Position numbers and translations under genes: made by a program
Shown: positions 54,620 through 64,000 of the stretch, in pieces
How the letters are laid out: each line of letters begins with the position of its first letter
Numbering within the stretch: the stretch's first letter is position 1
Assembly: GCF_006345805.1 (NCBI RefSeq)
Contig: NC_042997.1
Span: 72,354,001-72,418,000, forward strand
Length of the DNA stretch: 64,000 bases
Source of the DNA: Octopus sinensis
Lineage: Eukaryota
Direction of reading: 5' to 3'
Notes under the pieces: generated by a model
Databases searched by the model: none
What the model was told of the DNA's origin: nothing
The model's input: the letters and a program-made list of their open reading frames with translations, nothing else

Positions 54620-56217
54620 TCTTTTGTTTCACTGGTTTGAATATGAATTCAGTTATCAGATGCTGTGATTTTATTTTTGTTAGTTCTTTATGATTCTTCA
54701 TAACGCGCCATAATCATTTTCAAATCACGTTGGAATTGCACAGCTTGCTTACCATTGTTATCATTTGCAAGAAAATGATTTCCAAATTTGAAGATCTTGT
54801 AGAATTGTACTAGCAGATAGTGGAACCACTTCATCATCATTACTATAATCTAACATGGTATCATATACATTCTCTGAAATACTCTGTTCTTCATTAATTG
54901 TTAATTCTGCAATATTTTCAACTGTTAATTCTTCAAAACCTTCCCTGCCAATCTGATGTGACAAAGTAATGATATCAGAATGTAATTTGTTCGTATTTAT
55001 ATAAGATATGAGATTTTTACAAATTCTGGCCAAAGTGATTTCCAGCATGCATTTAGGGTGGATGGCTTCAATTTGGATAAAGCCAGGGTAGTATATTTAA
55101 CACAATTAATTATAGTAAAGTTTTTCCATGCTTGAATGATTGAAAATGTACCAACTTTTTCTAGTTCATCTATAATATATTCAAATGTTCACTGGGTATA
55201 TAATTTGAATGTTGAAATTACACCCTGATCAAGCAGTTGAATCAGCGATTTTGTACTAGGTGGCAAGAATACAACTTCTACATTCAAGTGTTCCAAATCT
55301 TGATGACCAGGTGCATTGTAAAAAGACCTTAGTTTCAAGACTTTTATCTTACATATATATTCTTACTTCAGGAGCAAAGCAGTTGTTAAACCATTCAGTA
55401 AATATTTCTGCTGTCATCCATAATTTTTTTATTGGCTCTCCAATGAATTGGTAATTTACTTGAGTCTACGCCTTTCATTGCACACAGATGAACTGATCAA
55501 TTAATTAATAACGGTTTTAACAAACAATCTCCTGAAGCATTGCTACATAACAAAAAAGTTACATGGTCTTTAGCTGCCTTAAAACCACTGGCACATTTCT
55601 CTGATTTTGCTATATACGTTCTGTTTGGCATTTTTTCCAAAAGAGACCAGTTTCATCTCCATTGAAAACTTGGTCTGAAATGTAACCACCTTCTTCAATT
55701 ATTTTGGTTAGTTTTGAAAGAAATTCTTCAGCAGCAGTCTTATCTGCCGATGAAATTTCACATCTCATTTTTATATTATGCAAGGAATTTTGTAAGCCAT
55801 CCCATACTTGCAGCAAATTCATTCTTCTTTTTATCACTAGACAGATGTAATGCACTTGATGACTCCAGATCATTAATCATCTTGTAAAATCATAATACTA
55901 TCTGTTTTATGGTTTTACCATCTACTGGTATCCTTTTTTTGTTTTCTTCTATCCATATTAAAAAAGCTTCCTCCATTTTTTTCTTGAATTATATCTCTTG
56001 TATATGATGACTTGGTAGAAAATTTTGTTCCAGAAGCTACAATTCATCTAATGGCAGTATCATTCACTTTGATCATTCATATCATAGCTTCATTCAGGCA
56101 GAAAGCTGTACCCAAGGATGCTGCACTTTCACCCTTACAAAGACAATCCAAAATATTAATCTTGGTCTCCAAAGAAATTGATGCTCTTTTATTTTTCTTA
56201 GCTGTATCAACCAACAT
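54620..56217 (-). mobile_element. pogo/Tigger-like (CENP-B-type) transposase pseudogene
   Basis: KRASISLETKINILDCL (HTH), MEEAFLIWIE, FAASMGWL, GYISDQVFNGDETGLFWKK; many stops and frameshifts; TIRs not resolved. Confidence 0.85.
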
Positions 56218-56826
56218 TTTGGGGCAGGTTATCACAGAGCATAAAATACATGACAAATCGTTTGTATTAAACTCAATGCTAACGAATGCCGCCCTGCACC
56301 ATCTGATGGAGCTGTTACATGCCAATAGAGGTATGTATAGTGTATAGCTCCTGCCCACACTGAACACTGCTCTCTACTACTCATCGCTTGAGAAAGTTCA
56401 AGCTACTCCAGCTGCTTGCCCATTCTTCGTCCGTCTTCACTTCGGAGCACCAAGCAGAGATCGCATTGCATTTGTGCACTGACCGGTGCACACACTCATG
56501 CTCTATACCGCTGATGATGATGACGAGCACCATCTTAGCCATCGACCACTGCCCCAGCCTCGCAAACATAACACACGGATACACACACTCACGACGACAG
56601 CCTTTCGACCGCACCATATTGACGGCCAGTGCCATACGAGCGGCTGGCAACGCTTTGCAGCAGCAGCCAGCTCTTTGCTCACTCTGAACACTGCTCTCTA
56701 ATAATCACTTGCTTGAAGTTTAAGAGAGTCCAAGCTACTCCCGCCATTTGCCTACAATTTGTTCAACGTCTTCAGTTTGGAGCACTGGGCAGAGATTGCA
56801 TCGCATCCGTGCACCACCTCCCCCAC

Positions 56827-56867
<41 letters not shown>

Positions 56868-56870
<3 letters not shown>

Positions 56871-57215
56871 TCATCATCGTTTAGCGTCCACTTTCCATGC
56901 TAGCATGGGTTGGATGGTTCAACTGGGGTCTGGGAAGCCAGAAGGCTGCACCAGGCCCAGTTTGATCTGGCAGTGTTTCTACGGCTGGATGCCCTTCCTA
57001 ACGCCAACCACTTCATGAGTGTAGTGGGTGCTTTTTACGTGCCAGACGAGTCTGGCAAACGGCCACGATCGGATGGTGCTTTTTATGTGCCACCGGCACG
57101 GGGGCCAGGCGAGGCTGGCAACGGCCACGAACGGATGGTGCTTTTTACGTGCCTTTGGCACGAGGCCAGTCGGGGCGGCGCTGGCAACGGCCACGAACGG
57201 ATGGTGCTTTTTACG
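56868..57215 (-). mobile_element. RTE 3' UTR short insertion
   Basis: (CAT)n-cgtttagcgtccactttccatgctagcatgggttgg..., reverse complement of 16420-16727; inserted in (TA)n. Confidence 0.9.
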
Positions 57216-57227
57216 TGCATATATATA

Positions 57228-57261
<34 letters not shown>

Positions 57262-57265
57262 CACA

Positions 57266-58423
57266 CAGGGGGTCCTGAAATTAAGGCAACCAAAGTTTCG
57301 GGCTTCGATAACTATCAATTATAAAAGCTTAGTGTGTCTTGTTTTTGTTTCAGAACAAATAAATTCAGATTTATAAATTAGATAATGGCTATAGACCAAA
57401 ATACAATCATAACCCTCAACAGCAGGAGTGAAAGTAATACAGCTATAGCAAAAAGGCTTAAAATTAAATGAACAGTCTGGAAAATTGTCAAGAAATTTCA
57501 AGAGACTGGTTCCACAGCTGATCAACCTGGATGTGATTGAAAAAGAAATGCGTGAACCTTTCAGTTTATCAAAAGTACTAGAGAAAGAATTAGAAAAATC
57601 CTCATTGTTCAGTCAGAAAACTGGCTGCCACAGCAAAAATAAACTGAACATCAAAGTATCGAGTGCTAAAGGGGGATCCACTGTCATGAGCTATAAGGCC
57701 ATGAGACTGGAGAGAATTCATCATATCCTGTGTCAGGTTGCTGAAGGCACACTGCCCAACCTGGTGTTTACTGATGAATAGAAATTTGATATCGAACAGA
57801 TAGTAAGCCACTAGAAAATCGACATCAAAATCCATAGTCAGTTATGGTATGGGCACTTGTGACAGCTACTGGATGGTCTCCCCTGTTTTTGTGCCCTTGG
57901 GTGTCAAAATTAACACACAGTGATACATTAGCAACATTCTGGAAGCTGAACTGCTTCCATAGGCAAAAGAGCACTTTCAAGGCGCATCTTGGAGCCTCCA
58001 ACAGGACTTGGCAGCATTCCACAGCTCCAAACAGGCAAAACTCTGTATTCAGAAAAACATTCTATCTTTCATATGCAAGGATGTATGGCCCTCAAGAAGC
58101 CCTGATCTCAATCTGTTAGATTTTTCTGCTTGGTCTATTTTGGAAATGAGGATCTCAAGTACTCATCATGCTTTGCTTGATACTCTGAAGGCAAAACTCC
58201 ACCAGGAATGGACTTCGATTCTGCAAGAATAGTTGTGTGCCATGTGTGAAGCATTCACACCTAGACTTAAGACTGTGATTCAAAACAAAGGTAGTCATAT
58301 CGAATAAATGTGGTAGAGACATAATTGTGTTTCTTTTACCACTGCATTGCAGCCTGAAATATATCGATATTTTGCTTTGACAAAATTGAAATAAGTTGGT
58401 TGCCTTAATTTTAGGACACCCTG
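57266..58423 (+). mobile_element. maT/DD37D Tc1-mariner transposon, internally deleted
   Basis: TIRs cagggggtcctgaaattaaggcaaccaa / ttggttgccttaattttaggacaccctg, TA at the right flank. VFTDE, QQDLAAFH...WPSRSPDLNLLDF with 37 residues between the second and third D. Confidence 0.9.
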
Positions 58424-58459
58424 TATGTATGTATGTATGTGTACTTTATATATATATAT

Positions 58460-58625
58460 TAGGTGCACGTGTGGCTGTGTGGTAAGAAGTTTCCTTCTCA
58501 ACCACGTGGTTACTGGTTCAGTGCTACTGCATGACACTGTGAGCAAGTGTCTTCTAATATAGCCCTGGACCAACCAAAGCCTTGTAAGTGGAGCTGGTAG
58601 ACAGAAAGTGAAAGAAGCCCATTGC
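58460..58625 (+). mobile_element. tRNA-derived SINE (family B) 5' part
   Basis: ggtgcacgtgtggctgtgtggtaagaagtttcc..ggttcagtg..gagcaagtgtcttctaatatagcc..gaccaaccaaagccttg; its 3' part resumes at ~59470-59625 after a DNA transposon. Confidence 0.7.
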
Positions 58626-58634
58626 GTGTATATA

Positions 58635-59465
58635 CAGGGTGTGATGGGTAAAATGTTGCCATTCTATATTTCTAATTTCACACATGCGCATTGTTTGTGT
58701 TTGATTTGTCAACTACAGTAGAGTCAGTTGAGCACCATCTGTGAGATAAACAGCATCATGATACAATTCACTCTGCCAGAAATTTGGAAACGACATGCTG
58801 TACTGCTTGGCATTCGTGCTGGAAGCTCCAATATGAATATTTCAGAGTGATTGGGTGTCAATCTGAAGGCATGTACCAAGAGTGATAAAAATCAAACATC
58901 CAGTCAACATCATGGTGTTTGGAGTAATCAATAGTGGTGATGTTATGCCTCCATTCATCTTCCCACATGGCTTCAAGACTCAACAAGGAGGCCTATATCA
59001 AGTGCCTAGGTCAAGAGGGTAGCTGCTGGAAGATCCAATGTTGGGCAACAGGACTGCACCATGCCACACAAGCAGAACCCAGTCATGGCTGTCAGACAAT
59101 TTCTGCGACCACAACACCTCTAACATCTGGCCACCTAACTCCCCAGACTGCAAGCCCCTTGATTATGTATGTAGCACAGTTGAGCGAGAGACCAAAATAA
59201 CTCCTTGTAATACCAAAGATGAACTGAAGGCAAGGATTATGGCACCATTCACCAACTTAAACAAGGAGATTGTCCAGAAGAGTTGCAGGAGATTCTGAAG
59301 TCATCTGAAGGCCATGGTTGAAGCCAATGGCAAATTTATTGAATAAATTTACTCTGTAGTATTTCAAGAAATTTTTATGTAATTTTGGTAAATATATCTG
59401 TTAAGATGAGATGTCAGTGTTATTTCATTTTTGCGTAATTTAGACAATTTATTCACCACACTCTG
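58635..59465 (+). mobile_element. Internally deleted maT-like (DD37D group) transposon
   Basis: ta|cagggtgtgatgggtaaa...ttattcaccacactctg|ta; remnant RTAPCHTSRTQSWLSDNF..IWPPNSPDCKPLDY. Confidence 0.85.
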
Positions 59466-59626
59466 TATATGTTTTTGTTTGTCCCCATCACCATAACTTA
59501 GCAGTTCAGCAAAACAGACCAATAAAATAAGTACCAGGGTTTAAAAAAATAAGTACTGGTGTTCAGTTGATTGACTAAAACCCTTCAAAGTGGTGCCCAT
59601 GCATGGTCAGTCTAATGACTGAAGTA

Positions 59627-60570
59627 CAAGGGTGGGCTGAAAATTTCATAGGCTGGCTACAAAGGTGTGATGCAAAAGCTGTGAAATTTAGCATGCATTA
59701 ATTTCAACTCTCTTTATTAATAACTGCATTGTTCCTTTCCAGGTAAACTGATATCTGACTGCTCAAAGAAGACTTCAAAACTAACTAGTAGCAATTTCTC
59801 CTGAAAATGGACAAAATTTGGCATAGTGGTGTTATCAAATACCTGCAGAAAAAGAGTTTAGCCTTCAACAGCATTCATACTGACATGGTTGCTACATTGG
59901 GGGATGGTGTTCCAGCTTTAACAACAGTACAAAAGTGAGCAGTTGAATTTAGGAGGGGAAGGTAGAATTTTGAAGATGACCCAAGATTTGGACATCCTGC
60001 TACTGCCACCACCAAGGAAAACATGGTGATGTATGACAAGCAATTAATTACAAATCAAATAGACAATGATATTAGCAAACTTAGCATGATTAAAGTTTCT
60101 GTTCAGTAGGTGCCACATCTGACATCTGATCGAAAGCGCACTAGGCTATCACATCACAGGAAAATCTAAGCCAGGATGAGAGCCAGAGACAAGACAATCC
60201 ATATACGAGAAAACACTCCTCCTAACCTACTCCAAAGAAGGCCAATGTTTCATCAGATGGAAAAGTGATAACTTCAGTTTTTTGGAGATGCAAATGGCAT
60301 TCTATTTGTTGACTATCTTCAAAAGAGTCTCACCATCAATGGGGAGTACAATGACAACTTACTGAGGTAGTTATGAAAGGCTATCAAGACCAAACACACA
60401 GGGAAACTGATGAAAGGGATTTTGTTTCATCAGTACAATGCTCCAGCATACAAGTCCTTGGTTTCAATGGCTGCAGTGCGTGACTGTGATTTTGAACTGG
60501 TTGATCACCCTTCCTATTCTCTTGATTTGGCCCTATCTATTATCTGTTCCCTAGCATGAAAAAACACTTT
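59627..60570 (+). mobile_element. mariner transposon (irritans-like), 3'-truncated and deleted
   Basis: ta|caagggtgggctgaaaa start. MDKIWHSGVIKYLQKK..TTVQK*AVEFRRG, GILFVDYLQK..TINGEY, HQYNAPAY, HPSYSLDLAP. Confidence 0.85.
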
Positions 60571-61059
60571 CAATGGCTGGGTGAATCAGCCAGGCATTTA
60601 GGGAGTCTATTTCATGAGCACTCTTAATGCATGTTGTTTCAGTGCATCAGTCACATGCAAAGCTGTCTGCACTGTTTGCCTAGTTGTGATTTCACTACAC
60701 CTCATGTCCACAGTTGACACTGGTACAAAGAATAGAGTTCAAACTTTTCTGCATATTGAGCAAAGCCATTTCTCTGACGATACTAAAACCTTGTCTTCTT
60801 TCCTACTTAATTAGTCTTCACTACATTTACATTGAAGCCTTGCAAATCAAGGGTTCACTTCTATTCCTGGAATTTCTTCTCCAATTCTTCTGTAAACTCA
60901 GCTATAAGAACTAGATTGTCAGAATCAAGGAGTTCCCATGGACTACTGGTCTTGTACTCCTCTCTAAAGAATGGGAGGGAGTTAAATACTGAGCCCTCAC
61001 CTATACATCTGATTTGTAGTCCTGAGTAGTTTACTCCCAGTTATTGTATATGCTACATA

Positions 61060-63130
61060 CAACTCTTCTCAACATTCATAGTATCAAGTAGAATTTCTTT
61101 AAACCTATTCCCAACAGCAGCAGGAAGATATAGAGATGTCTGGTATAGAAGACAGCTGAAAGCTCCTAAGAAACAACATACTAACTTAGGATGAAGTGGT
61201 GACGATTGATTAGAAGTTGCTGTGCATCTCATGAAGGAAATGACAAAGGGCTGTATGATTGAGGACACATTGCTCTGCAGAACTCAACCACCCATGACAA
61301 AGCATACTCTGACACTAGGGTAGTTTTAAGAGGCTGAAGTATTTTGTATTATGCCAAGCCTACATTTGCTGTTCCCTACCTATATTATCACCTTGCACCC
61401 ATGATCCTGCATCACATCTACCTACTGCACATAACTCCCTTTTCACTTATCTCGTTATTGCTTACATCCCTCTATCTCTTCACTACCTGTGATGACCACA
61501 TTGTCCACATCACTCTGACACCACCCACCCAATGTAAGTTCTATATGAAAACTACATCAGCTCATACTTAACCCTCTATCACACTTTCCCGTTTCTAAGT
61601 CAGGGATAAGAGACTCTCAGCACCCAATACAGTCTAAGTACACCCCTTCTGTATCACTCTGAATCTATGGCCAATGGAGGGCTTTCTCAAACTCCAAGTC
61701 ATTCTTCTTCGAATTGTCTTTTCTTGTGTGTCAGATAAGCACTTATTTTCGAGCCACTAACCACTAGTATGTTGGGAGGTATATTCTTCACCTGGAAAAC
61801 ACTTGTAAAATTACAAGTGCTTTCTGGTGTAACTACAATTTAAAACCATGTGATTGCAAGTAAACTTTTTGATTACAGAGCTATGTTTGTATATTTTTCC
61901 AATTAGAGCAACCATATACCTCTCTCCACAACAGGACACCTATTTATGTCTTGCAAGTGACTTGATAACCTCACTGGTGCTGGTGCCACATAAAAAGTAC
62001 TCGGTACACTCTGTAAAGTTGTTGGCATTAGGAAAGACATCCAGCCAAAGAAACCATGCCAAAACAGACAGCAGAGATTGGGGCAGACATTAAATGATAT
62101 ATACATTTGCTGAAACTGACATCAGTATTAAGAATTCTCAATCAGCATTTTTGGGATGATTCAGGTCCCTGTTAGTGTATAAGTTTTCATTTATGTGCAT
62201 TAACTACAACATTAGAGCATTTTACCTCATATTCTAGTAATGTAGGTGTTTCTTAACAACCTAGTCACATTTAGTGACAATTATAATTCTCCTTTTTGGT
62301 GAAATATTACAACCTGCTGTTTATATTAATTATATGTATATTACACACACACCCATCACTGAACTTACTGCTGATTCTCATCTTTACTGAATGAACCACT
62401 GTACATGGCTTGCATTAGTCATAAGCCATTCATCTACACCTGGTTTCCTCCATGACCAGGTCTTTGACAGAGTAAGGAACTATGTCAAAGACCTTTTCCA
62501 CATCAGAACTTCTCTCGTAGTTGTCTCAATAAGAATATGGCACCAGCAGTACTTCCTCCTAAGATGAAGCTGAACTACATTTCATTCAGGCCAACTGTGT
62601 TCCTAATCAGTTTTGCGATAATATTTCATAACCTGCTCCAGCAATTTGATGCCTCTGTAGTCACCTCTAGTGCATCTTCTTTGGCCTTGTAGCAGTTTAT
62701 GCTGAAACTGCAACCCATCACTGGGTATGACACTTTTCTGTATTACCAAATTTACTATTTAAGTGACTATTCTGTACCCTACTCTGCGAAATCTTTTAAG
62801 CATTTGGGTGGGCTATCTTTGAGAGCACAACTGCTTTCCTTACCTTTGCAATCCTCACTGCTCTGTCTACTTGGAAGACTGGCCCCCTCATGTCCCTAAT
62901 CATCACATCATAGAACATGTGATAGAGGACCATGTCAACTGACAATACTCAGTTTTACTGAAGCCCCTACCTCTGGCTAAAACTTAGCAAAATACTCATT
63001 AAAGAAGAGAGATAGTACACACCTCACTCTGCCTTTTAAACAATGCATGCATCGCACTTGCCTATTACATGTCATACACTCCTACATCTCACCACCATAC
63101 CTATTCTGTGCCTGCACATCTCCCCAACTC
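61060..63130. mobile_element. Patchwork of old RTE LINE fragments on both strands
   Basis: 3' end piece + (~61060-61330), endonuclease piece - (~61400-61810, FPGEEY..QH), 3' UTR piece + (~61960-62090), RT piece - (~62440-63130, NYRGIKLL-like). Boundaries approximate. Confidence 0.55.
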
Positions 63131-64000
63131 ACTATATGTCACTTATAATTGAAAGAAAAACAATCAGTTCATGAGGTTTTGTAAACAAACCTAAGAAAAC
63201 ATGGGAAACATTACTTTCTAAATAAAAAACATGCAACCTATATGAAATGCAAACATGGATATTAACAAACCATTTGTACACACTGTTCCAGCCACTTCTA
63301 TGCATGCATAGTCTATTTGTGGTTTGTTGTACAAATTTCAGCTCATTGGTGGAACAAAATTTTCTGAAGAAAATCTAATAGCTATTCACTTTATTCATTG
63401 AATGTACCACCAGTGTATAGTCCTCAGCACTTGTACGCATGCATAATCTACTGGTGATTTCTTGTTTGAAATTTAGTTCACGAAGCAAATGGGCTCCCAG
63501 TCAGGTATACACATGCATGATCTGCTAGTTGCTCTTTCATTAAATTCCAGCCCATTATGCAATTAATTTTCTTTCTTTTTTAATTAATTATTCAGTTTAT
63601 TTATTTTGAAAACTATTCAGATATATAGGTTGTCCTACTGTATAAGTGTGATTATGGATGGACGGTAGAAGGGAAAAGGAAATGTGAAAGAAAAAGATAA
63701 GGGTAGCAAGGGTTCAGGGGCAGCCTTTGATGAAAAGAGAGGTCTGGGAATAGTGAGGGTAGACTAGAGAGGGAAGGATGAGTTGAGCCATAAAAACTCC
63801 ACACCTTACTCCTTGACACACACGCAGATAGCTACCAATACTCTTTTCTACTCAAGGTTGAAGGCCCGAAATTGGTACTGGCAGTGATTATATTGGTTTT
63901 GGTGTTGGTGATACAGTGGTGGTGGTAGTGAAAGTTGACTTATAAATAGACATCCACATATGCAGGTTTCGTGATTATAGTTTTTGAAATTGCTAACATT

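Noticed and set aside
56381-56701. Cluster of overlapping ORFs in GC-rich DNA
   Set aside because: No recognisable domain or splice signals; explained by local GC content next to the Tigger element.

Overview
AT-rich eukaryotic genomic DNA, most likely from an octopus/coleoid cephalopod. This is inferred from the repeat content: an RTE LINE with (GAT)n tails, tRNA-derived SINEs and (TA)n tracts. One host gene is present: COP9 signalosome subunit 1 (GPS1/CSN1) on the minus strand. I reconstructed 12 phase-consistent GT-AG coding exons (43687 down to 7027; 1320 nt, 440 codons) plus a probable terminal exon that begins with the TGA stop (5321-5319). The first exon was not located. Most other sequence is transposon-derived: RTE LINEs (one young copy with a perfect 20-bp TSD and a 684-aa open ORF), Penelope-like (PLE) fragments, mariner/maT/pogo DNA transposons, MITEs, Helitron-like pieces and SINEs. 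The most unusual observations are: (i) a set of minimal hammerhead-ribozyme-like motifs with different palindromic stem III sequences, one with an intact core ~1 kb downstream of the CSN1 3' end and one near-intact inside a CSN1 intron, both on the gene's strand; (ii) repeated head-to-head inverted duplications forming long hairpins, including a ~1.1-kb PLE palindrome split by a nested insertion; (iii) an ORF1-only ('half-LINE') zinc-knuckle element bounded by 18-bp direct repeats, with a second divergent family member nearby. All alignments were done by eye and no database searches were run. TE boundaries without TIR/TSD support are approximate.
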